Shown here: positions 40,032-50,844 of the stretch, one piece after another
How positions within the stretch are numbered: the first letter of the stretch is position 1
Layout: every line of letters begins with the position of its first letter
Source: Nageia nagi
Lineage: Eukaryota; Plantae; Pinophyta
DNA: 64,000 nt
Direction of reading: 5' to 3'
Assembly: GCA_050084985.1 (NCBI GenBank)
Contig: JBITNC010000001.1
Location: 170,004,001-170,068,000, forward strand
The notes under the pieces: model-generated
The model's input: the letters and a program-made list of their open reading frames with translations, nothing else
What the model was told of the DNA's origin: nothing
Database searches by the model: none
Position numbers and translations under genes: made by a program

Positions 40032-42929
40032 CTATGGGGATTGGTCACTCCAAAGGTTAGCTTCACATAGTTGCGAAAATAAACTCAAGAATTGGCTGAG
40101 ATGTTTGATGTCCTCGTCCAAGAACTTTACAGTAAGCTCCAATCCACACAACATCTCGGAAGTCTTGGCTTTGTTCTCAGCTACACAATGCCCGACTTCG
40201 ACAATCAACCTTTGCATCTCAATCTTCCATGCATGAGCTCTCAACATGTGCATGAGGTAACTTTTGGTCTGATATGTGTTGACATCTTCTGTCATGAGCA
40301 AGCTTTGGAGAATATGTCTAACTTTTGTCACTACCAGGTCTGCCTCCTTGATGGTGGTATCCTCCTCTAGAAACTTAACCTCAAAATCCATCTCTTCAAG
40401 GCTTGTATTAGCCTTGTCATTGATTGTGGAAACCTCCTTCATCACTTCCTGGAAGCAAGTAGCTATCTGATGTATCACACTCAAGTAGAACCAATAGTCT
40501 TCACAAAAGTTGACATCCTCGGTTCTTTGGTTATGGGCAATCTGAAATCTTTCTATAATGGGTCTCCGAGATTCTAAAATTCTGAGGAAGCTGATCCTGT
40601 TGGCCACAATATCCTTTAATTTCTGCTCCTCAAATGAGACCTTCTGTAAAGCACCAATGAATTGCACCACCACTGCCAAAATATCATCAATCACCTCTTG
40701 TTTCACAAAAATCATGCCCTCCTTGAGAGGCTTTATCATTTTGAGTTCCTCGAGAGGTACCCTTGTGGACTCAATCTCTCTAGTCAATCTCCTCTAGGTG
40801 GACAACTCCTTCTTGAGGTTCTTGATTTCTTTTTCTTTTAGCAACCCATCCTTGGCAATTGCCTTCATGTTGGATATGATTGTGTGCTTCCTACCAGCCA
40901 TGCCATTGGGACCTATGTTGATGATCTGATTTATTTGCTTAAGGTCCCCAGGACGTTGTGGGTTGTGTTTGTCAACAATTATGGTTTTGATGTGAACTAC
41001 GTTATCAGTCAAATGCACATAAGTCTGACTCTTACCCAGACAAGTGGAACTCTCTCCAATTTGGTCATTGACCTCATTAATTCCAAACTAATCTCCGACA
41101 TCCATGTTGAAAACATCGAGGCACTCATCCATATGAACGCCCCACTCGTCATTGGGTGATGACTGGTCGATCTCAACAACGGGTTCTTCAGTGATGGTGA
41201 CATTCCTCTTGTAGCTTTTCAAAGGCCTGACCTCCTCTTCCATGTTCTCCTTAGATGCTTGTGATGATTGAGACTGAGATGTCCTCTTCAACTGAGCTCT
41301 TCTTGGGACTGATCCAAAGGTTGAGCTTTTCCCTTTTCTTTGAGAAGTAGAAGGCTCCAAGGAAATGAGCTTTTGGACTCTTTCAAAATTCTCAAGGATT
41401 CTTCTTCTTCTTAAGCATCTGGAATATCATCATGTGAAGTTGTGCTCACTTCCTGTTCATTCTCTTGCTCACCCTCTTGTCCTTCTCCTTGACTATCATC
41501 TAGTTCATACAAGGGGCTAGAGGATGAGGACCCGAATGGTGGGACAACTAGAGATGGGCGTGAAGTTGATCCTCTAGGTGGTCTTTACGAATGTGATGGA
41601 TCTTTTTTTATATTCCTGACGCACCTCACCATCTTATTGGTTTCCACATTTTCTAGCTCTCTCATGTCATGCTCATCTATGGTGTCTCTGACCTGCTATA
41701 CTACCTTCTCAACTAGATTCTTCCATGCATAGAAGCATATTGTCCAACATGTTTTTCAATCATCAAGGGGAACTGGGTAACTCTAGATGTGGATTCTTGT
41801 CATCTCTTCCCTTTCGACTGTGACAACCTCTTGTCAATAATGGCCTCAATAGTCTGTTGTTGCTTCTGAGCATCCTCATGCATCTTAGCACGAATCTTCC
41901 TCATCTCCACCTCACTACTTATATTTTTGAATGGCTCCTCTACTCTAAGTGGCTTATGTTCATACTCCCTCTTCCTCTTCTTCATGTAGAAGCCATGAAT
42001 CCTATGCTTCGAATCAATGAATCCTATGCTTCGGATCATAGTGATCTACGACAGTTATCTTCTTGAAGTGGAATCTCTCCAACTCCTCTCTCATTGAATC
42101 TACATCCGCCCAAGTTCTTCATGTGGTACCCATAGATGACAATTGTTCTAAGATGGTGTCACTTAACACCTTGCTCTGCTTGATCTTCTTTCCCTAGCTA
42201 TCTCATCGATGAAGCCAAAGAATTTCTTTCTAAATTTTGAGGCATCTTCTCTTCCAAGGATTCTAGACAACATCAAAATCATCAACTTCACAGAGGGGTA
42301 GAACTTGGAGCGAGGGGCGTTGATGAGGCGGCCTTGTTGGTGGCTTGATAACATGCAAGTGACTTTGCTTCACTATACTTGAAATTTCCTTTTGTTGTCC
42401 ATTGAAATTCCCTTTTGATGGCCTCAAGGCTGAAGTCCATGATAACATCCCCCTTGATGTCCCGAAGCACCCTCTCTCCTTTGTGCCAATGTTGGCTCAC
42501 TTCTATGCACAACTCTAGGAAAGGGGCTGTGAATGGGATGAAGGTACAGGTAGAGAGCCTGGAAAAGAACACAATATCTTGCCTCAATACATTGATCTCT
42601 ATGCCACATATCTTCTCTCTCATTTGCATGGGATCTACCTTCTGCCAGATAGTGGCAAACCTATTCTTAGAGAATTTGGCCCCTTGTGGTAGGGCTCTCG
42701 CCTCTCACAAATTGAAATGATGCAATCTTGCCTCAACGTCTCTAAATCTCTCGCAATTTCCTACGTCAAATTGCTTGTGGAAGTAGTCATCATGCTCAAG
42801 TGGATGATGTAAACCTCTGGAGGTGATGCGTTGGTCTTCCAAGGATGCCAAGACCCCAACGTTGATGTGACTTGTCTCCCAACCTCTTGCGCAAGCCTTG
42901 AAAGGTGATGGGACGGATTCGGAATTCAA
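40032..42929 (-). pseudogene. Degenerate retroelement-associated extra ORF (~950 codons; globular N-terminus, low-complexity linker, coiled-coil-like C-terminus)
   Basis: Collinear minus-strand fragments 42705-42929, 42288-42629, 42163-42354, 41800-42039, 41088-41360, 40794-41018 and 40032-40787 (251 aa), joined across single stops or frameshifts. Confidence 0.7.
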
Positions 42930-43012
42930 AATTTGTCTGCTTCCTTCAATTCTAGTGCAAAAGATGAAGAGGTGAATGATTTGAGTTTGTGAAAATGAGC
43001 CCTATCGGCTTG

Positions 43013-43020
43013 TATTTATA
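43013..43020 (-). promoter_or_regulatory. Putative TATA box for the antisense extra ORF
   Basis: Minus-strand TATAAATA about 85 bp upstream of the ORF start, followed by a pyrimidine-rich leader. Confidence 0.45.
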
Positions 43021-43177
43021 ACCAAATTATGTCTCCAAGAAACCCTAGTCGATCATGCATGAGGAGGAATTCATCCTAGCCATCCAAATGGCCGACTTCA
43101 AGATGTGTGCGCGCTCAAAATTTCATTCCTGGCTACCAAAAACCAGACATAGGGGTGAATGGGCTCTTCCAAGATGG

Positions 43178-44030
43178 GCACATGCCAAGAAAAGACAAGA
43201 TTTTGTCTTTCTAGAGCATGCGCTCAACTTGAGGATGCATGTTCTTTGCTCGTTGATGCTTCTAGCTCCCCCACTCGTCTGTATTGACTTTCATGCTCAT
43301 GATGAGACCTGAATTTGTCCAATTTTGCCCTTGCTAGTGTCCAAACTTGTCAAATTTGATCAACGTAGTCAACCTAGACACCTCCCAATTTAGGCGCATG
43401 TTTCAAAAAGACAAGATTTTGTCTTTTTGAAACGTGCACCCAACTTTCTAGCTCTCCCAGTTTGAGCACATGTCCCAAAAAGCAAGATTTTGTCATTCTA
43501 AGGCATTTACTAGGTTGAAGCTGCCCAAATTGACTGCTTTTCGATGTTCTGCAATCTAGAGTTAGCCAATTTTCTCCATTTTTGCCATCCTAATGTCTCC
43601 TTGGGTCAAGCGCATGCCTCAAGAAGTCAAGATTTTGTCTTTTTAAATCATGTGCCTACCACTTTGGTCATGTTCAAGCTTGATATTGGCTTTGAGGCTC
43701 CATGCCTTAGCCAAATTTTGCCATATGATCGAACTGGGTACCCCTCTGCCTTGAGCGCATACCACCAAAAGACAAGATTTTGTCTTTTTGCTGGGTGCAC
43801 TCACCTCCTGGGTGCTTGGACTTCACTTTCTCGACTTCGAACTCAACCTGGACAGCCTTCCAACTTGAACACATGTTCCTAAAAGACAAGATTTTGTCTT
43901 TCTAAGGCATGCACTAAGCCTGGAAGTGGTCCAATTTGCTCTTCTTAACTTGGATTCCGACTTGGACAAGTCCCAGACCCGAGCGTATGTCCCCGAAAGA
44001 CAAGATTTTGTCTTTCTGAGGCATGCATTG
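43178..44030. repeat. Array of seven ~45-bp palindromic repeats (core AAAGACAAGATTTTGTCTTT) with variable spacers
   Basis: CAAGATTTTGTC anchors at 43196, 43412, 43483, 43628, 43773, 43887 and 44001. Confidence 0.92.
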
Positions 44031-44916
44031 GGCCTGGAAGTGGCCCAGATTCACCTAACTCAACTCCGACTTGACTTGGGTTCCCCTGGCTCGCCCAAAC
44101 TCGACTTAAGATTCTCGGACTTAACCATTTTTTGAAATATTTTGGCTTTTACTCTGACATGACTAAGGCTGGGTGATTTGATAACACTTAGGCTTCGGAA
44201 TGAAGAACGTGATACCCAATTAGGTGGAGTTACGGAGACATAAGACAAAGACCTGATGTTGAACAGACTTAAGTTGCGGTGGATCCCCAAAATCTTGCGA
44301 TATTTGGGTGTGTTGTGTAAGTCACAACACTTGACTCCCTCAATGAAGGCATACAGATCAAAAATTATTATTTTGATTTTACTTTTTAATTTATGAATGC
44401 AGAAGTAAGATAAACTCAATGGAAATTACTTGTTTCTTGGACATGTAGGACCTGAATCTCTTTGAAATACAAAGTAGATACTCAATCAGCTTGATGATGT
44501 AAACCGCATTTGATTTAACATAATTGTTTTGACTTGCGGTGCTAAAATCCCCAAGGGTATATTTTATTTCAGAGCATTGTTGATTTTTTATGTGACAAGA
44601 CAGTGTTGAACGTCAATTTTCAAGCCTGACTCTCTCTAGATAAAATCATTCAAGATGGGGTAATTCTTCTGCACTCAAGTATTCCGTTAATAGTATTTAT
44701 AGAAATGTTATATCATCAATAACACCAGAAAGTATTTTCTGAATAGAAGCAAGAGTATGGTTAAAGAGAGTTCAATGCATCATCACCAAATAAAAATATC
44801 ACTTAGCTGCAGGCAAAGGCCACAATATATTTTAGTTTCACCTGATGGATGCAAACACAAATATCCAAACAGCAAAGCACAAAAATAAAAATAAAAATTA
44901 TCTGCTAAATAAGTAC

Positions 44917-44994
44917 CTGTTGGTCATCGGGAAGAGGATAAACATCCCCAAATATTGTCACTCTTGCATTTGATAGTCCACTCCATCCAGGTAT
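44917..44994 (-). CDS. Exon 5 of split-barrel gene (78 nt)
   Basis: Acceptor ACATAG|ATA; encodes IPGWSGLSNARVTIFGDVYPLPDDQQ; donor CAG|GTACTT. Confidence 0.95.
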
Positions 44995-45135
44995 CTATGT
45001 CAAAAACCACTTCCCAACAAATTAAAAAGAAAATTACCAAATCTAACTAAATTACTTTTCAAAAACTAATTCATCTCAATTTTGAACTATTCTTTAGATA
45101 AAAAGAAAACGTCAATGGTGGAGCTACTACAATAC

Positions 45136-45215
45136 CTGCACAACAAGAGTACATCTTGGATCAGCTAACAAATTCCTTGTGTGGATAGCTAATGGTGAGA
45201 AAGAGAATATAGGAT
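45136..45215 (-). CDS. Exon 4 of split-barrel gene (80 nt)
   Basis: Acceptor TGCAG|AT completes the His codon; encodes HPIFSFSPLAIHTRNLLADPRCTLVVQ; donor CAG|GTATT. Confidence 0.95.
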
Positions 45216-45349
45216 CTGCATTGCATTGTAGCTTATAAGGATACATAATACTGAAGATTCTTGGCCTTATAACAAAATATATTCCTTTGATATCTAAAGG
45301 CACTGCATCAAAATAAAAAATAATTGCATTTTGAATTTCTGTAACTTAC

Positions 45350-45452
45350 GTCCCATAGAATCAGGAGCAAAATCAACTAAAGAACCAAAGGGATATCCTT
45401 TTCTACGATGATGCATTCGAGACATCACAGTGCACAAATGTGCAAAACGAGC
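45350..45452 (-). CDS. Exon 3 of split-barrel gene (103 nt)
   Basis: Acceptor GGCAG|GCT, donor C|GTAAGT (phase 1); encodes ARFAHLCTVMSRMHHRRKGYPFGSLVDFAPDSMG. Confidence 0.95.
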
Positions 45453-45745
45453 CTGCCATGGTTAACAAAAAGACGTTATCAGAACAAAAGGTAAACATGA
45501 TATATGACAAGAACAAAAGCATTTTACAGACATATTATCTTCTACAGATCATAAAATTGTTTAACATATCAGAATAGAAATCTAGCACCAGGGAAAAATA
45601 ATTACAACTCTCTTTTGGCTTAATGACTTCTTCATTTATAGCATTCTCCAACAATAGTTTCATTGACAAAAATTCAATTGACAGAGATGGAAATTATGCT
45701 CAAAGATAAGATTTCCAAAAATGTAATAAATTTAATGTTTTTCAC

Positions 45746-45943
45746 CTGTTCCATAAGGTTACGAACTGCCAAAGCAGGACGAGGCAAGCCATGTGCTGAA
45801 GTTGCACTTTGCACACCACCTGAAATTGGAGTACGGAAAAGACCTGTTCGACTTCCTCCACTGGGGCCACCTGCAAGTGTTGTCATGATACTTTTGCTTT
45901 CACTCTTCTCCCTTTCCTTGCTTCGTTCTTTTGAGCTCATCGC
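45746..45943 (-). CDS. Exon 2 of split-barrel gene (198 nt)
   Basis: Acceptor TTTTTTAG|GCG, donor CAG|GTGAAA; encodes AMSSKER...SRTGLFRTPISGGVQSATSAHGLPRPALAVRNLMEQ. Confidence 0.92.
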
Positions 45944-46799
45944 CTAAAAAAGTGACAAACATCCATGCAAAATTGTAATTTCTAACAATTTGAATCTGAG
46001 AAGAGCACATTTTTTAACACGTTTCCTTGTTGCTCATAGAATAACCATAACTTCTAAGATGAATAAGTTGCTCAAATCATTACACCTTTTTCCCATTACA
46101 GGGAAGAGGCTTATAATCTAATGAATGTTTTCTTTCATGTCTACTTGAAAATAGTGTAGCATTTACAATAGATGCTCATATTCCATACCACTTACATCAA
46201 CTGTGATTATTAGATACTCAAAATTCTACTCATTTGCCAAAACAAAATCTAGTTTCCATAAGACTCTATAAAAACAAATTAACCAGCCTTTCCTCAAGTT
46301 ATACAAATAGCAGCTGAGAACATGTAACATAAGTCCCAAAAAGTAAAGTTCTCATAATGTGTTAAGATCCAAAAGGCATGAATTACACTCAACATACCCC
46401 CAAATGAAACACTCGGAAACAGAAAATTTCTTCCACAACTATGCAGTTGTATCAAAAACCATATTCATGTATCCTTTGCTATAGAAGTTTTGCAAGAGAA
46501 GCCTGCACTCTCTTTCTTTCCATTCAGAACAAACTTCAAAGTATGAGAACAAAAATGTGTTCTTAGATAAAAGGATAAAAAGCTAGACATAACTGACAAG
46601 AAACATTGTTCTACACAAGTCACAAATTTTCTCTCTTTCTAAAATGATTTTTTCTATATTTCTATTATGAAAGGTAAAATGGCAGACAAGTTCCAGAAAA
46701 ATCTTTAAAAATATTTCATACGCATTAAATGCAAAGGGCTCTAAACCTAAACATCTCAACCGAAGTCCTCTCTCTATAGACATCTATAAAATTTTCCTC

Positions 46800-49100
46800 T
46801 TCCCCAAGATAAATATCCAACATTCAAAATGTTTAGTGGTGAAGGAGATACAAGGCAACATCTAATACTATTTCAAGAAAAACGCAGTATGAGATTCGGT
46901 AATGATGAAAAACAAATGGCTAGATCATTCCCTACGAGGCTTAAAGGTGAAGCATTTGATTAGTTTTAAATATATAGATCTCTCCACAGTTTTCAAGAAC
47001 TAGTTGATGCATTTATCAATCACTACAGATATAACATTGAAAAAAACTACATTAGTAGGTATCTATGTGATTCAGCAAAAACCTAATACAAAACTTTAGA
47101 AATATATCCCTAGGTTAAAGAAAATATGACAAAGCATCCACATTCCAATGAAGAATTAGATGTTAATGAGATCTTCACGAATTCTTTGATAAAAATTCTA
47201 AGGCCATATGTATGTGATAATATCAAATTGCCTTTCAGGAGTTTGACTTGAATGATGTTCACCAAGAAAAGTTCTTACTTGAGGTGGAAATAATCAAAAC
47301 ATGGAAACCCTAGCAATGGTTACAATGCTAAAAAACCCTATCCTATAAAGAAAAATAATAATAACACAATGCATGCAACTGAAGGTAGTGATCAACCAAT
47401 TCAACTAACAAGGTCTAAAACTCAAAGAAAGAATAAACCTTTTTTCTCTCTACCACCACAAATAATCCTTAAAGACCTATTTTAAAAATAGTTGATCACA
47501 TTACCTCCAAAAAAAACTCAAGATGGCAACAATACCAATTTAGTTTTGAAACAAATCATAATCTTGTTACCATTAGACTAATGATCATACCACCAACCAA
47601 CGTGCAAGTTCACAATTGAAATTCAATGATTGATCAATGAAGGAATTTATGTTTGCCCAACTACACGATCAGTCAATCATTAAGCTAAACATAAAAGTAA
47701 GAATTTCAATAATACTAAATGATTTATGAGACACAATTTAGATGGTTTGTGTGGACCAACATATTTGGATCACGAGTTACACACACATGCTTGCCAATGA
47801 TCACATCCAGAATACCAACATTCTAGAACACAAAGCTCAGATTGCTAATGTCCTAGCATTCTACATCTAGACTACCAACATTCTAGGACACCTAAGAAAG
47901 ACTGTCGACATTCTAGTACAACAGATCCAAAATTCTCATATCAAATCCAAAACACCCAAATTCAATCACAAACAACAAGTTTTAGACCAATGTAGAATCT
48001 TAGGAGGGGTACAAAGCAATATTTCATAGAAAAGCAGCTCAGGATGACAATGGTAGAATTTCTCAACAAGATCAACACATATCTGTAGATGAGGACAACC
48101 ATGATGCTGACCATGATACACTCTAAATCCCTTCCCATCATTTTGACTCATTCTTCAATGATACAACACTTGATGACCTATATAACCAATTTTCCTACTT
48201 GTTTAATGATGAAATCAAAACAGAATACATCAACTCCCTAACTCACCCAAAATTGAAACATGCAACCTATATGATGAAACTCACAATACTAATAACAATT
48301 GTGTTCAACAAGAACTTTGTTTAAGCACATGTTGCACTACTATGAGGACATGCTCGCAAGACATGTAATATCACAACTACCACATACAGGCAATAATTGT
48401 GTTCTTCTCCAAACAATGATGCAATTCCTATGTTATACAAACCATTTACCATCAACGATAAACATCATCCACTATTCCACCATAGAAGTTATGTTTCTTA
48501 ATCTTTCTCTTATCTTTTGGATTATCAATTTAAAAACTATTTTGTAACTTAAATTGCATTTCTTGTCTCTTGTCTCATGCATATCTTGTTCATCCCTAAA
48601 TAGATATTTGGTTATCCCAATAATTACTCAATTTATCCCTTGTGGGTGCACATTTTTTCCTTTTTACACTTGATTTTGGATTTTGCTTGCCCTTATGAGG
48701 AGCTCCTCAGCTTTGTCTTTGACTTTCACTGTTTGATTCTGCTCTTGGCTGACCAACGTTTTTCCTTACTTCGTGATTTGCATTGAACTGCTTATTCCTT
48801 TTGGTGGACCCAAGGTTATTGCACAATCAAAGTAATACCAACCCTTTAACAGAGACATTCCATATTAGTGTGTGAATTTTGCAAAAAAGGATAACATATG
48901 GACCCTATTTTTCAATAGCTCCAAATGCACCCACGGGGCAAGGATAGGAATAGTACTCATTTATCCAGAAAATGAGACATTCTCAGTAGCATACAATTCA
49001 TCAACCATAAGCAATAAGGAACTTCAAAAACTAGGGAACATCATGCATCTAAAAAGGTGCTACACTTGATCTTTAGTCATTTACTTAACTATAGCTTTTG
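46800..49100 (+). mobile_element. Heavily decayed Tat/Ogre-like gypsy internal fragments (gag knuckle, additional RNase H, integrase end)
   Basis: CYH*TNDHTTNQ knuckle-like (~47565-47605); WTLFFNSSKCTHGARIGIVLIYPENE (aRH-like, ~48900-48980); NIMHLKRCYT* (integrase C-end). Confidence 0.55.
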
Positions 49101-50844
49101 CATTTTCATACTAGTATAGGTTACATTTCTATGTTTCCCAACAACCCAAGACACTGTTTTCCCAAAACATCCACACTCTGAGACCAAGTACCATAGAAAT
49201 GTTCACATTTTGAATCTAGGAATTTTCATTGGTTTATCTTTTGAAAATTTTGAAAAAAATTATTTGTATTCTGAAAACTGCATTTTTGTTTCCATTATCA
49301 TTTGAAAAGTAACAACTGCATCATCAATTTTTGAATTATCATTCTTGCATTATCAATTTCTGAACAATCAATTCTTGAAACTATCATTTGTGAATTATTT
49401 TGTGCTACAATATTGTTTCTAAAATAACAGCTGAAAACTATCATCTCTACATTTATCATTTTTTGCAATATCACTTATGCATTATCACTTTTTGAATTAT
49501 CATACTTTAATCATTTGTTAGATTATCAAATTCTGAATTTTCTACTAATTCACATTGCAAAATTATCAAGTTTTATATATGTTTCATATTTAATCTACTA
49601 CATACTTCATTGCTACTAAAAAAAAGGGGGGTGTACCTTATCACTAGGAATAATTATCATATCCCCCAAACAACCATCTAGGACATGCAACCATGCTCTC
49701 CCAAATAAAAAAAATTCACATTGAACGCCACATCTCAACAAAAGTCTTCACACATAACCCAAAGCAAAAAGAGCAATCAAAACCATTCATTTCGTTTTGG
49801 AAGAATGTACTCATCCAAGCTCTCACCTACCCTTAGCAATATTTGGAGGCAAAAACAAGTCTCCAACCAAATCATGACAAGTTTGATCATTTCATGTTTT
49901 CAATAATTGTTTGTCTATTTTGTACATGTAGTTTTCCACCATCCCTATAGGAGCAACAACAAAACACTTCATCAAATTTTGTTTTCTTTTTATTTTGGAA
50001 TATGGCCTTCAATTCTCTCCCTCAACAATATCCAAAAGGGGAACACAATAGATACTTGAAATTGCATTTTAACTATCTAGAATGAATTTCTTTTTCGATA
50101 GATAATAAAAAAAAGGGTTTTGGGAGGGCTTGTAACCTTTTACAACATCAATATATTTTCAATGTTCCCCAAGTCAAAACAAAACATATCCAAAATGGAG
50201 CTAACACGGTTGTGCAGCTATCCTTGTTCCAAACATACATAATAAAACCAACTAAAGTCCACAACTATATATAACCAAATAAACTATAGGCATTCAAAAT
50301 AAAGTCTTAGGAGATGACCTTCCCCTTAGCACTTCCTAGAGATGGGCTTCCACTTCCCCTTAGCACTTCTTGAGATGATCTTCCAACTTGTCCAATGTCT
50401 TCTCAACATAGAACAAAGAAGCCCTTATTGCTTTAACCCACGTTAGCCCAAAAGATTCTCCTTTAGACTCATGCGGTTTCTTCTTGGGGGTGGAATCAGT
50501 TCAGAGTCCTCCAATACCTCCTCCACCTTCTTCTTACCCTCCTTTACAACAGAATCCTAGATTAAACAGGACGATCTCAACATGGGATTCTTCCTCACCA
50601 AAGGCACCTCTTTCTTAGGCACCAAATCCTCTTCTTGGGCCAAGCCATCCTCCATCAAGATAATGAAATCCTCAACATATGGTTTCTCTTCCTCGTCGTC
50701 CCTAAACTCATCATTCGAGATATCATAATCCAACCCAAGAGAACGCTCAAGTTTGGGTCTTGTCGAAGCCTTGTGGTTGAATAAGGTGCACAACAATTCT
50801 TGGTGACGAGTTCCTATCAGCTTCTCCTATTTAAGATCCAAAGT

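Larger units (their letters stand above)
39951..44624. mobile_element. Solo-LTR-like unit (~4.67 kb) containing a long antisense ORF and a palindrome array
   Basis: Starts TGTTGG after CCTGA (39946-39950); ends TTTTCAAG before CCTGA (44625-44629); no gag/pol motifs seen. Confidence 0.55.

Noticed and set aside
43178-44030. CRISPR array interpretation of the palindromic repeats
   Set aside because: Spacing is irregular (71-216 bp), repeat flanks are degenerate, no cas genes are present, and the context is a plant intron and retroelement.
44836-44845. Alternative right boundary for the 39951 element (TTTCA|CCTGA)
   Set aside because: It also gives CA plus CCTGA, but 44630-44840 looks like ordinary intron near exon 5, and 44624 ends in CAA(G), complementary to the TGTTG start. 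It is not fully excluded.
45663-45947. Plus-strand ORF 45663-45947 (also 62585-62836 and 24064-24282)
   Set aside because: Antisense shadows of real minus-strand exons.
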